Source of the DNA: an uncultured delta proteobacterium
GTDB taxonomy: Bacteria > Myxococcota_A > Polyangia > Fen-1088
NCBI GenBank assembly: GCA_963796685.1
Contig: CAWCMR010000015.1
Span: forward strand, 256,001-320,000
Direction: 5' to 3'
Length of the DNA: 64,000 bases
A model generated the notes under the pieces. That model was not told the origin of the DNA, did no database searches, and saw only the letters and a list, made by a program, of their open reading frames with translations. Below, in pieces: positions 9,017-19,232 of this stretch. The translations under genes were made by a program, and so were the position numbers. How positions within the stretch are numbered: position 1 is the first letter of the stretch; each line of letters opens with the position of its first letter.

Positions 9017-9991
9017 ATGAGCTCCCCGTCGATCCTTCGTATCGAGCAGGATGCGGTGGCCTTCTTTCTCGACTTGCAAGACAAGATGGTCGCCGGATTG
9101 CAGGCGCTCGATGGCCGCCCTTTTCGCGAGGACGCTTGGCAGCGGCCGGGCGGCGGGGGAGGGCGGTCGCGCGTGCTTGCGGACGGTGGCTTGTTCGAGA
9201 AGGCGGGGGTGAATTTCTCGGACGTGCACGGCAGCATGCGACCGGAGCTGGCGCGCAGCTTGCCGGGTGACGGCGCCGAGTTTCGCGCCACCGGGATCTC
9301 GCTGGTGTTGCATCCGTGCAGCCCGCGCGTGCCCACGGTGCACGCCAATCTGCGCTTCATCAGACGGGGAAGCGCGGCCTGGTTCGGCGGCGGTACGGAT
9401 CTCACGCCCTACTACGTGGTGGCCGAGGACGCGCGGCTGTTTCATCGCAGTCTCGAGGCGATCTGCGCTCGCCACGAGCCCGGCCTGTACCCGCGTTTCA
9501 AGGGCTGGTGCGATCGGTATTTCTTTCTTCCCCACCGCAATGAGCCGCGCGGGGTCGGAGGCATCTTCTTCGACTATCTCGGCGCGGGCGCGGAGGCTGC
9601 CGCCGGCGAACCGCTGCCGCCCTCGACCACCGGGCTCGAAACCGATGTGGCGAAGGTGTTCGCCTTCGTGCGCGACCTCGGGGAGCACATGCTGGATGCA
9701 TACACCACCATTGTCGGGCGCCGCCGCGAGGAGACCTGGGGCGAGCGCGAGCGAGAATGGCAGCTGCTCCGGCGCGGGCGCTACGTCGAATTCAACCTGG
9801 TCTACGACCGGGGAACCCTGTTCGGCCTGCGCACCGACGGCCGCACCGAATCGATTCTGATGTCGTTGCCCCCCGAGGTGAAATGGCGATACGGCGCCGT
9901 TCCCGAGGCCGGCTCTCCCGAAGCGCGTTCGCTGGAGGCCATCTGTGCGCGGCGCGACTGGGCGCGGGAAGAACGGGAAGAAGTCGAATAG
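9017..9991 (+). CDS. hemF: Oxygen-dependent coproporphyrinogen III oxidase
   Basis: [32 protein letters not shown] and [20 protein letters not shown]...ESILMSLPP. Confidence 0.95.
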   Translation: MSSPSILRIEQDAVAFFLDLQDKMVAGLQALDGRPFREDAWQRPGGGGGRSRVLADGGLFEKAGVNFSDVHGSMRPELARSLPGDGAEFRATGISLVLHPCSPRVPTVHANLRFIRRGSAAWFGGGTDLTPYYVVAEDARLFHRSLEAICARHEPGLYPRFKGWCDRYFFLPHRNEPRGVGGIFFDYLGAGAEAAAGEPLPPSTTGLETDVAKVFAFVRDLGEHMLDAYTTIVGRRREETWGEREREWQLLRRGRYVEFNLVYDRGTLFGLRTDGRTESILMSLPPEVKWRYGAVPEAGSPEARSLEAICARRDWAREEREEVE

Positions 9992-10037
9992 TTGCACGCT
10001 CGACTTGACGGGCGGCCATTCTCGTCGCACCCTAGAG

Positions 10038-10109
10038 ATGCTCATGCGGTCGATTGCTCAGCTTCTCGCTCTCTCGGTGCTGCTCCTTAGCGGCGCGAGA
10101 GAGGTCTGA
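10038..10109 (+). CDS. leuL: Leucine-rich attenuator leader peptide MLMRSIAQLLALSVLLLSGAREV
   Basis: 23 codons with 7 Leu including an LLL run, about 110 nt upstream of leuA and followed by a terminator hairpin. Confidence 0.8.
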   Translation: MLMRSIAQLLALSVLLLSGAREV

Positions 10110-10170
10110 GCGCGATCGCTTCCACCAAACCCTCTCTCGCGGAAATCCCGGAGAGGGTTTTGGTGTATTT
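10095..10170 (+). promoter_or_regulatory. leu attenuator: antiterminator and terminator hairpins
   Basis: GCGAGAGAGG (10095-10104) is perfectly complementary to CCTCTCTCGC (10131-10140), which competes with terminator stem AAACCCTCTC...GAGAGGGTTT followed by a T-rich tail. Confidence 0.8.
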
Positions 10171-10217
10171 GGACCCAAGGCTGTCTCCGGCAAACCCAAA
10201 GCAAAAGGAGACGCCCG

Positions 10218-11876
10218 ATGTTCGATGCACGGAAATATCGCCCCAATTCGGTACCCACGCTCTCGCAAAGGACCTGGCCGGAGCGCACGCTCGCGCGTCC
10301 GCCCATCTGGTGCAGCGTGGATCTGCGCGATGGCAACCAAGCCCTGGTCGAGCCCATGGGGCAGGAGCGCAAGCTGCGCATGTTCGAGAAGCTGGTAGCG
10401 GTTGGCTTCACGGAGATCGAGGTCGGCTTTCCCGCTGCTTCCCAGACCGACTTCGATTTCGTCCGCTTGCTCATCGATGAACGGCGCATTCCGAGCCACG
10501 TCACCATCCAGGTGCTGACCCAGGCGCGCGAAGGCCTGATTCGACGTACCCTGGAATCGCTGCGGGGCACCCGGCGGGCCATCGTCCATCTCTACAATTC
10601 GACCAACCCGGTGCAACGCAAGGTCGTGTTCGGCATGAGCCGCGAGCAAGTGCGCGCTCTGGCCGTGCAAGGGACGAAATGGGTTCAAACCCTGGCCGCC
10701 GCCATGCCTGAAACCGAGATCGTGCTCGAGTACTCGCCCGAGAGCTTCAGCATGACCGAGCTGGATTTCGCCGTCGAGGTGGTGGACGCTGTCGTGGACG
10801 CCTGGGATCCGAGCCCGCTGCGCAAGATGATCGTCAATCTGCCCTCGACGGTCGAGTCCTCGACGCCCAACGTGTACGCCGACCAGATCGAGTGGATGGG
10901 CACGCACGTCGCGCGACGGAAGGATGTGGTGCTGAGCGTGCACACGCACAACGATCGCGGCTGCGCGGTGGCGGCCGCCGAATTGGCCATGCTGGCCGGC
11001 GCGGAGCGCGTGGAGGGAACGCTGTTCGGGAACGGCGAGCGCACCGGCAATGCCGATGTCGTCACCTTGGCGATGAATCTGTACGCGCAGGGCGTGGCGC
11101 CGGGGCTGGATTTCTCGGACCTGCCGTCGCTGGTCGAAACCTTCCAGGTCTGCAACCAGATGCCGGTGCCGGCCCGCCACCCCTACGCGGGCGAGCTGGT
11201 GTTCACCGCCTTTTCGGGCTCGCACCAGGACGCCATCGCCAAGGGGCTGGCGACGCGCGCCCGCGAAGGTGCGACCATCTGGGAGGTGCCGTACCTGCCC
11301 GTGGATCCCTCGGATGTAGGACGGGCCTACGAGCCACTCATCCGCATCAACAGCCAGTCGGGCAAGAGCGGCGTGAGCTACGTCGTGGAGCAGGGCTACG
11401 GCTACCGCGTACCCAAGGAACTGGCCGTCGAGCTGAGCCGAGTCGTGCAAGAGGCAGCCGACGCAAGCGGCAAGGAGCTGGCGCCCGATGTGATCTTCGC
11501 CATCTTCGAGCGTACCTACCTCGACGCGACCGGGCGGCTGGTCCTGCTCGACTACGAGGTTCAGCACCCGGCTCCCGACCGCTGCCACCTGGCCGCCAAG
11601 ATCCGCGACGGCGAAGCCACCGTGGTCGCGACCGGCGAGGGCAAGGGCGCCATCGAAGCCTTCGTGCACGCGCTCGAGACGGTGCGCAAGATGCCATTGC
11701 AAGTCGCCGATTACAGCGAGCATGCGCTCGGTGCGGGCAGCGACGCGGAGGCCGTGGCCTACGTAAAGGTGGCCGCGCCCGGGCGAGCACCAGCCTGGGG
11801 CGCCGGCCGCGATCGCGACATCGTGACCGCCTCGCTGCGTGCCGTGGTGCGGGCTGTGAATCGACTCGGGCTGTGA
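10218..11876 (+). CDS. leuA: 2-isopropylmalate synthase (yeast/actinobacterial-type)
   Basis: WCSVDLRDGNQAL, EIEVGFP, HTHNDRG, EGTLFGNGERTGN and IRINSQSGKSGV. Confidence 0.95.
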   Translation: MFDARKYRPNSVPTLSQRTWPERTLARPPIWCSVDLRDGNQALVEPMGQERKLRMFEKLVAVGFTEIEVGFPAASQTDFDFVRLLIDERRIPSHVTIQVLTQAREGLIRRTLESLRGTRRAIVHLYNSTNPVQRKVVFGMSREQVRALAVQGTKWVQTLAAAMPETEIVLEYSPESFSMTELDFAVEVVDAVVDAWDPSPLRKMIVNLPSTVESSTPNVYADQIEWMGTHVARRKDVVLSVHTHNDRGCAVAAAELAMLAGAERVEGTLFGNGERTGNADVVTLAMNLYAQGVAPGLDFSDLPSLVETFQVCNQMPVPARHPYAGELVFTAFSGSHQDAIAKGLATRAREGATIWEVPYLPVDPSDVGRAYEPLIRINSQSGKSGVSYVVEQGYGYRVPKELAVELSRVVQEAADASGKELAPDVIFAIFERTYLDATGRLVLLDYEVQHPAPDRCHLAAKIRDGEATVVATGEGKGAIEAFVHALETVRKMPLQVADYSEHALGAGSDAEAVAYVKVAAPGRAPAWGAGRDRDIVTASLRAVVRAVNRLGL

Positions 11877-11917
11877 ATCGACTCGGGCTGTGAATCGACT
11901 CGGGCTGTGAATCGACT
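11850..11917. repeat. 17-bp tandem repeat, 4 exact copies, spanning the leuA stop codon
   Basis: CGGGCTGTGAATCGACT at 11850, 11867, 11884 and 11901. Confidence 0.95.
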
Positions 11918-12075
11918 GTGTCAACCGAACGCGGCGTGCGTGTCGGGGACCTGCCGCGGCGTAGGAAGTCGATTCCTTCCAATCGATGAGCCGGTGTTTG
12001 GCCTTCGTGAGCACTACCACGTGCTCGCGATGCACTTCAGCGCCACGGCCGAGCAACAACAGGAAGGGAAAGTTC

Positions 12076-13715
12076 ATGAAAACCTCGCCATACCTACCGC
12101 TGGCAGCCATTTTGATGGTGGCTTGCTCAAATTCGACTGGAAGTCCGCAGCCCGGGACCGGCGGAAATGGTGCCGGTGGATTCGAGCTCCACCGGCGGTG
12201 CATCGTCTGGCGGGGTGATTGGCGCGGGTGGAAAGTCTGGTAGTGGCGGGGATTCGCAGCCAGGCGGCGTGTCCGGCTCGGGTGGCAGGGTGGAGACCGG
12301 CGGGGCTCAAGGTGGAGGAGGCGCCAACCCAGGTACGGGCGGTTCGGGTACCGGCGGAGCGTCCAAGAGCGGTTCGGGGGGCTCGGGTGCTGGCGGCGTG
12401 TCAACCTCGGGTGCGGGTGGTTCGGGTGCAGGCGGTGCGTCCAACCCGGGTTCGGGCGGTGGCAAGACCGACGGCGGGTCCAACCCGGGCTCGGGCGGTG
12501 CCAATACCGACGGCGGGTCGAATCCCGGTTCGGGCGGCACAGGCACCGGCGGTGGGTCCAACCCGGCTTCGGGTGGAGTAGGAGGCGGCTCCAATCCCGC
12601 CGAGAACAGCGGTGCCTCCTGCAATGCGACTTCCGCCGCCCTCCTGTCGGCAGACTATGCCAAGCTACCCAATCCATTCACCATGCACGATGGAACCGCC
12701 ATCACCACCAAGGCGCAATGGGAATGCAGAAGGAACGAGATCCTTCAGGATATATACAAGTACGAAATCGGTCCCAAACCGGATCCGTCGGAGACAACTG
12801 TTGCGGCCACGCTTTCCGGCTCCAACCTGAGCGTCAAAGTGACATCGAGCTCGGGCTCCCTCACGATCAAGTCGGCGGTCTCTGGCAGTGGCAGTTGTGT
12901 GGTTATCGCTACGGATATGGACCTGGGCATCATAACCGGCTGCACCAAGCTCACATTCTCGACCAACGACGTGATCCCCTACAACAATGGCAGCGGCTCG
13001 CAAAGCCAATCCGATCCCTTCTACAAAGTGTTTCCGTCATTGTGGGGAAAGATCGGAAACTACACCGCCTGGTCCTGGGGTGTCAGTCGCATGATCGACG
13101 GTCTTGATCAGGTGAAAGATCAGCTCAAGATCGACATGACCAAGATCGCCACGCACGGCTGCTCGTACGCTGGAAAGATGTCCCTGTTTGCCGGGGCGCT
13201 CGATGAGCGCGTCGCGTTGGTCGTCGTGGAGGAATCAGGTGGTGGCGGCATCGACGCCTGGAGAGCGTCGGCGGACTTCACCAAGCGCACGGGCGTGAGC
13301 GTCGAAAAGATCGACAACACCAACTATGCTTGGTTCATGTCCAGCATGAAGAGCCTGGACCCCTACAAGCTGCCCCACGATCATCACGAGCTGCATTGCG
13401 GCGATTGCTCCCCGAGCCACCATCATCTTGGGAAACCCCGGCTATCAATGGTTGGGTGACGAATCCGGATACAAATCGACCATGGCCGCCGTGGAGGTTT
13501 TCAAAGCTCTGGGGGTCGCAGACAATATTGGCTACGATTTTACCGGCGGCCACGCCCACTGCTCGGCCCCCACGAGTCAAGTGAACAGTATCAATGCATT
13601 TGCCGACAAGTTCCTCAAGGGAAAGAGCACCAGCACCAGCGTGGCCATCAAGCCCTCCGATAGCTCATTCCAGTTGACCGCCGACTTCGACTGGACGACC
13701 CCGACTCTACAATAG
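12076..13715 (+). pseudogene. CE15 glucuronoyl-esterase-like lipoprotein with Gly-rich linker; two apparent +1 frameshifts (about 12181 and 13394), possibly sequencing errors
   Basis: Signal MKTSPYLPLAAILMVAC. LPNPF...QWECRRNEI, AWSWGVSRMIDGL, nucleophile motif GCSYAGK and EESGGGG. DHHEL/IAAIAPR is restored by removing one C. Confidence 0.8.
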
Positions 13716-13763
13716 GGTTCAGTCACTGAAAATCGCGAGAAACCCGAGACCGCTGGTCTCTCG

Positions 13764-15104
13764 ATGGCACGCAGACACCTCCTTCTCGCTGCTTTCGTTT
13801 TGGTCACGTCACCCGGCTGCGAGGGAGGTGCGTCCTCGGAGTACGGGAGCTGCCTTGAGCTCGCCGTGAGCAAGAACGAGGTGAGCTCCCGGATCCCAAC
13901 GGTCGGCGTGATCGAATGGTCCATGGCGGGGGGCAGCCCCTCGAGCTCCAAGATTGTCTACAAGCTGAAGAACGCTGCCAGCTCGATTTTGAACCAAGGT
14001 GGTGAGGCTCCGGTCAACCTCGGCAACCCCAACTATCGAACCCTGCTCCTCGGTCTCAAGCAATCCGAGGACTATTCGTTTCATATCGAAGCTGTCCGCA
14101 AGGGACGGACCTGCGTCAGCCCCGACTATGACCTCCCCACCACGGGCAGCTTCGCGACTTCGCCGTCCGTCACCATGGATGTGGCTCAAGCCGGCAAGCG
14201 AGAGCCTGGGTTCATCGTGACCAGCTCGGGAACCTTCGAGCCGAGCAGCGCCTTCATCATCGACGCCGATGGAGACGTTGTTTGGTACGTCGAAGCCCCC
14301 CTGAATCCCACGCGTGCGCAGATGGACTACGAGGGCGATACGATGTGGATGGTGGCCCTCAACCTGGACAATGGAGATGGGGAGGTGCGCTCCGTATCGA
14401 TGGACGGGGAGCAGGAGCAGAGGAATGTTCCAGGCCTCGAGCACGCGCACCATGACCTCACCGTGATGCCCGGGGGCAAGGTCGCCGTCCTCGTTTGGCG
14501 CGCTCCGGGCATCGATCCCGAGAGCGACCTCGTGGTTCGCTCGCCGGACGGCACGGTCAACACTCCCTTCACCATCGGGAGCAACCTCTACCTGTCGGAC
14601 ACGTTTCACGCCAACGCGATCCACTACGTCCCATTCGACGACAGCTTCACGATTGCGGATCGGAATCCGAACGTGTTCGTGAAAGTGAGCGCGGGTGGAA
14701 CCCCCGTGTGGCAACTTGGCGGCGTGTGCGACCAGGCGCCCACGGGCAACCAATGCGTCCCCCGGGATTGGCAGATCGTTCACGGTCACCACCTGCTCGA
14801 CGACGGGACGTTCCTGGCCTTCAACAATGACTACTTGGAGTCGTCGCATGTCTTCGAGCTCAAGCTGAGCGTCAGCCCCGGCGCGTTCGCCGCCACGTTG
14901 GTCAAGAACTACACCGGCAATCATTCGAGTAGCACCATGGGCGACGTGCAGCGCCTGCCGGGCGGCAACACCCTCGTTACCTATGCTACGGATGGAAAGA
15001 TTATCGAGCTCGATTCGAGCTGGAACGAAGTGCAGACGTTCTCGGCGCACATCGGCTACTCAAACTGGAGGCCGACGCTCTACGGCCCCCCGATCCGTAT
15101 GTGA
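13764..15104 (+). CDS. Arylsulfotransferase (ASST)-like beta-propeller exported protein
   Basis: Signal with Cys (VTSPGC); IIDADGDVVWY, HHDL, FHANAI and MGDVQRLPGGNTLVTY. Confidence 0.65.
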   Translation: MARRHLLLAAFVLVTSPGCEGGASSEYGSCLELAVSKNEVSSRIPTVGVIEWSMAGGSPSSSKIVYKLKNAASSILNQGGEAPVNLGNPNYRTLLLGLKQSEDYSFHIEAVRKGRTCVSPDYDLPTTGSFATSPSVTMDVAQAGKREPGFIVTSSGTFEPSSAFIIDADGDVVWYVEAPLNPTRAQMDYEGDTMWMVALNLDNGDGEVRSVSMDGEQEQRNVPGLEHAHHDLTVMPGGKVAVLVWRAPGIDPESDLVVRSPDGTVNTPFTIGSNLYLSDTFHANAIHYVPFDDSFTIADRNPNVFVKVSAGGTPVWQLGGVCDQAPTGNQCVPRDWQIVHGHHLLDDGTFLAFNNDYLESSHVFELKLSVSPGAFAATLVKNYTGNHSSSTMGDVQRLPGGNTLVTYATDGKIIELDSSWNEVQTFSAHIGYSNWRPTLYGPPIRM

Positions 15105-15122
15105 TCTCCGCGTTCGTTCTTG

Positions 15123-16297
15123 CTAGTGCTCGCGCACCGCCCGACGGTGCAGCGCCATGTGGCCGCGCTGGATGCCTTCGCCGGCCAGGGCCTTGAGCGC
15201 GGCGAGATTTTGCGCCAGACCCACGCTGCCGATGATCTCCGCCAGCTCGCGCGCGGACGTGACGCCCAGAACGCGAAGCGCGAGGCGGGCGCCGGGATGG
15301 ACCTGCAGCGTGCCTCCGACGGTGCCGACGGCCATGGGCATGGCCAGGTGGCCGATCAAGCCATCGGCTTCCGCGCGCCAGGTGGCGAGCGGCCGGTAGT
15401 GGCCATCGCGGGCGGCATACGCATGGGCACCGGCCTCGATGCCGCGCCAGTCGTTTCCCGTGGCGATCACCACCGGATCCACGCCATTCATGATGCCCTT
15501 GTTGTGGGTGGCCGCACGGTAGATGTCGTCCTCGGCGAGGCGGGAGGCCGCTTCGATCTCGCGGGCCAGCGACGCTCCGTCATCCGCGGACTTGTCGGCT
15601 ACCAGAGACGAAAACGGGACTCGGCCCGAGACGCGAACCATGCGCCTGTCGGAGAGATTGCTGAGGATCCGCAGCCCCACACGGGCAGACGCGATCTCGG
15701 CCAAGCGTCCGGCCACGGCCTCGGCCACGGTGTTGACCATGTTCGCGCCCATGGCCTCGCGGCAGTCGACGTGGATGTGTACGACCAGCCGCCTTTCGGG
15801 CAGGGTGCGAACCTCGAGATCCCGGCACCCACCCCCGCGCTCGCACAGCCGGGGCAGGGCCTGGTCGGCCCTGGCGAGGGCTCTGCACGCGCGTTCGTGA
15901 TGGCCGTGTGCGCGGCCACCGGGTCGTCCACGTCGCGCAGCTCGATCTGCGCGGTCATGATGGATTCGTCCCCTTCGGCGGTAAAACCACCACCTTCGCG
16001 CACCATGCGCGCCGCATTCGAGGCCGCCGCGATGACCGAGGGCTCCTCGACGGCCATGGGGATCAGTCGATCCACACCATTGACGAGGAAGTTCAGCCCC
16101 AGCCCGAGCGGCAGGGCGTAGATGCCGATGGCGTTCTCGACCATGCGGTCCGCGCCCACGGCCGCGATGCCGCCCGAGACGAACAGGGCGAGGTCTTCGG
16201 ACGAAAGGCCGGCTTGTCTGGCGAGCTCGGCTTGGCGCTCTTCGAGAGGTAGCCGGTAGAATCCAGGCAGACGCGAGGTCGGGTGCGGGTCAGACAT
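15123..16297 (-). CDS. mvaA: Class II HMG-CoA reductase (apparent frameshift near 15880)
   Basis: SRLPGFY, ENAIG and PMAVEEPSVIAAAS in one frame; DCREAMGANMVNT, RAATHNKGIMNG, GNDWRGIEAGAH and EGIQRGHMALH in the other. Confidence 0.9.
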
Positions 16298-17303
16298 AGA
16301 AGAGGCCCGAGCTCTCGGAGCTCGCTTCGTCTGGCAAACGACGGCGCACCCCGAGGCGATCCAGGTCGACGTCGAGTGCAACCAACGGTTTGGGCAGGGC
16401 GCGCGCGAACAGGCGCGCGGTCTCGGGTGTGGCGAACATGGCGATGCCGATGTCTCCTCCGCCCGCGCCGGACGGCTTGGCGATGCCACCCAGCTCCTTG
16501 GCCAATTCGGAGGCACGGTTGAACGCCTCGGTCACGATGGGCACCGAGGCCGCGGCGCCCAGCACGGCCAACCGCCTGCCGTACCGCCCCGCCGCAGCCA
16601 CGGCGCCGGTCGCGCTGCCGGCGCGCAGCTCGGCCACGAAGCGTTCGGCGGCTTCTCGTAAGGTCTCGATCATCTGGTGGTAGGCCGAGGGATCTTTCCT
16701 GGCGAACTTCTGCACGCCTTCGATCATGCTCGTGGTCGCGACCGACTGCCCGGTCCAGAACACGACCAGGTGCAATCCCGGAGGTGCCGTCAGGGATTCC
16801 ACCAGCGGCGTCCCGGTGGGCTGACGCTCGACCTTGACGATCCCACCATGAACCGCGGTGGCCACATCGGCGCCCGAGCCGGCTCCGCCCTGTGCGGTCC
16901 GGTGGGCTCGCAGCGCGATGGCGTAGACGCGATCGCGGTTCTTGTCGACGGGAATGCCCGCCGATTCGAACAGCGCCCCCACGGCGGCCACCGCGGTCGC
17001 CGAGCTGGAGCCCAGCCCTATCTTCTTGTCGTCCTGTCGGAAATCGTCGGTGTTCACCAGCACGGAGCCGGGAGGCAGAGCCGAGGAGGCTTCTCCGATT
17101 TCCGTCCTGGCCTGCTGGACCGCCTCGCGAACCACGTTCGACATGGGATCCATGCCAGGCACGTACTGGGCCACGGCGTGCCGGGTGACCGCGGCCAGCA
17201 CCGCCGGACCTTCCTCGAGAATGGCATATTCGCCGACCAGGAAGATCTTTCCTGGCGCAATGACCACCGGAGTACCTACGAGGGTGCTGCGTTCGCCGCC
17301 CAT
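16290..17303 (-). CDS. Phosphomevalonate kinase (GHMP kinase)
   Basis: APGKIFLVGEYAIL, KIGLGSSSA, GSGADVA and KPSGAGGGD; lies inside the mevalonate operon. Confidence 0.85.
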   Translation of the reverse strand: MGGERSTLVGTPVVIAPGKIFLVGEYAILEEGPAVLAAVTRHAVAQYVPGMDPMSNVVREAVQQARTEIGEASSALPPGSVLVNTDDFRQDDKKIGLGSSSATAVAAVGALFESAGIPVDKNRDRVYAIALRAHRTAQGGAGSGADVATAVHGGIVKVERQPTGTPLVESLTAPPGLHLVVFWTGQSVATTSMIEGVQKFARKDPSAYHQMIETLREAAERFVAELRAGSATGAVAAAGRYGRRLAVLGAAASVPIVTEAFNRASELAKELGGIAKPSGAGGGDIGIAMFATPETARLFARALPKPLVALDVDLDRLGVRRRLPDEASSESSGLFYV

Positions 17304-18320
17304 TCAGTTCTCGTTGAGGATATGCGCCCCTTGGCCAGGGGCAAGGAGCAAGACTCTCATGACTCCGGGGGTGGCGGCCAGCGCGGCCTGAACGTGGGAC
17401 GCGTCGACGGCCTTGCACAGCACCTTGACGTGTGGTCCCGCGTCGATGGTGAAGAAGGCCGACGTGCCGCCGTCGCGCAGGCTCTTCACCGTTGCCATGG
17501 CGGCCACGGTCGCCGGGTTCCAGTACAGGATGTACGGATCCGCGGCGAGGGCGCAGGCATGCATGCGCAGGGCGCTCCGCTCGGCCACGGCGCCGAGCGC
17601 GACCAGATCGCGAGACGCGACGGCGGCGCGCGCCTCGGCCAGATCGACGGGCACGGAGCCCAGCCAACCCTGGTAGTAGGGCGAGGTCAGCGCGGTTCGT
17701 TCCATGGCAGCCGTCGAGCCGATGGCCTTCTCGCCTTCGGCCGTGATGGCCACGCACAGCCGGACGTCCCATGCCGCTTCGTCGAGTAGCCCATGTGCGA
17801 CGGCGTCCGAGCCGTCGGCGCGCGACCCGGCCGACATCTCGACGAAGCCACCGAAGATCGATCGCGCCGCGGAGCCTGACCCCCTGCGGGCGAGCGCCGA
17901 AAGCTCGGCGGGCGGCAGTCTCAAGCCGGCGGCTCGCGATGCCGCCAGGGCCAGGGCCGCGAAGCCAGCCGCCGACGAAGCCAGGCCTGCCGCGGTCGGT
18001 ACACTGTTCGCGGTCGTCACCTCGGCGGGAAGGCGAATGCCCGCGCGGGCACGCACCAGGTCGAGGAAGCGCTGCACACGCTCGGCGAATCTTGGCTCGG
18101 CGAGAGCTTCCCCGAACAGGACGCGGTCGCGGCCATCGGACTCGCCGAGGTCGGTCGCGAAGCGAACCGTGGTTTCGCTACCCAGGTCCGCGAGGGTGAG
18201 CGACAGGCTGCCGGCTGCGGGCAAGTTGAGCGCGGCATCGCGCTTGCCCCAGTACTTGACCAGGGCGATGTTGGTGCCCGCGCGCGCGGTCACGGATTTG
18301 GGCAAAGGGATGTCAGTCAT
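17304..18320 (-). CDS. mvaD: Diphosphomevalonate decarboxylase
   Basis: NIALVKYWGK, PTAAGLASSA, ARRGSGSAARS and FTIDAGPHV. Confidence 0.93.
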   Translation of the reverse strand: MTDIPLPKSVTARAGTNIALVKYWGKRDAALNLPAAGSLSLTLADLGSETTVRFATDLGESDGRDRVLFGEALAEPRFAERVQRFLDLVRARAGIRLPAEVTTANSVPTAAGLASSAAGFAALALAASRAAGLRLPPAELSALARRGSGSAARSIFGGFVEMSAGSRADGSDAVAHGLLDEAAWDVRLCVAITAEGEKAIGSTAAMERTALTSPYYQGWLGSVPVDLAEARAAVASRDLVALGAVAERSALRMHACALAADPYILYWNPATVAAMATVKSLRDGGTSAFFTIDAGPHVKVLCKAVDASHVQAALAATPGVMRVLLLAPGQGAHILNEN

Positions 18321-19232
18321 GGCCGATGGTGGTGGTGAACCCGTAGTAACCCTTGCCGCGCCAGCGGCGCAAGACCTCGTCGCCATGCTCGACCGCGAGT
18401 GCGATGACCGCGCCGCCACCACCGGCCCCGGTCAGCTTGGCGCCGAGCGCGCCGGCCGCGCGCGCGGTGTGGACCAGGTCGTCGAGCGCGGGGGTGGAGA
18501 CGCCCACTCCGGAAAGCAGCCCGTGCGCCATGTTGAACAGGCGCGCCAGCGCGGCGATGTCGCCCACGGCCAGGGCGTCCATGCCCGCGCGCGCGAGATC
18601 CCCCATGGCATCGACCAAACGTCGCGCGACCGGTGTGCCGGTACAGAGAGCCGCCACGCCTGCGACCAGGACGCCCGTGTCATGGGACTGGCCGGAAAGC
18701 CCGATGCACAGCTCGAAGGGCGTCCTGAGAGGAGATCCCTCCAGCCATTCTGCTTGTCGAATTGGCCGAGCCGGCCGCGGCTGGCGGCGGCGGCGTCGAT
18801 GCCCGAGGGGGTCCGGTGAAAGACCGACTCGGCGGCCGCGACGGCGGCCAGCATGTCGCTGTCGCCCGCACCCGTGCGAGCGGCGATGGCCCGCGCGATG
18901 GCCACGGCCATGGCGGCCGAGCTACCTAAGCCGGCCCGTGCCGGGACTTCCGATTCCAACCAGAAATCCAGGCCAGCGCCGTCCGTGTTCAGGCGTTCGA
19001 GCAATCGGTGCACGGCCTGGCCGGGCAACGAGTCGTCGCCCACCTGCGCTTCCAGCGCCCAGGCCGGGGCCGAAATGGCCCCGCTGCCCGCTTCGACGTG
19101 GGCGCGAACCCCGGCGCGAATTCCGGCGGCCACCGCGGGATGGCCGAACACGACGGCGTGCTCGCCGAGCAGGATGACCTTGCCGTGCCCGAAGCCGGTC
19201 GAGCTGTCTGCGACTCCGCTCATGACGGGCAT
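18313..19232 (-). CDS. mvk: Mevalonate kinase (apparent frameshift near 18725-18735)
   Basis: [25 protein letters not shown] and TPSGID in one frame; GVSTPALD and [11 protein letters not shown] in a shifted frame. Confidence 0.88.

Noticed and set aside
11850-11917. Possible CRISPR array (also considered for 43004-43047)
   Set aside because: Units are directly adjacent with no spacers, are only 11-17 bp, and there are no cas genes in the window.
10032-12677. Long antisense or alternate-frame ORFs (e.g. 10032-12677, 1316-3412, 29869-32187)
   Set aside because: These are shadow ORFs expected in high-GC DNA opposite well-supported genes, with no motifs.
15860-15900. Programmed ribosomal frameshifting in mvaA or mvk
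   Set aside because: No slippery heptamer is evident, and the local cluster of indels is better explained by sequencing error.
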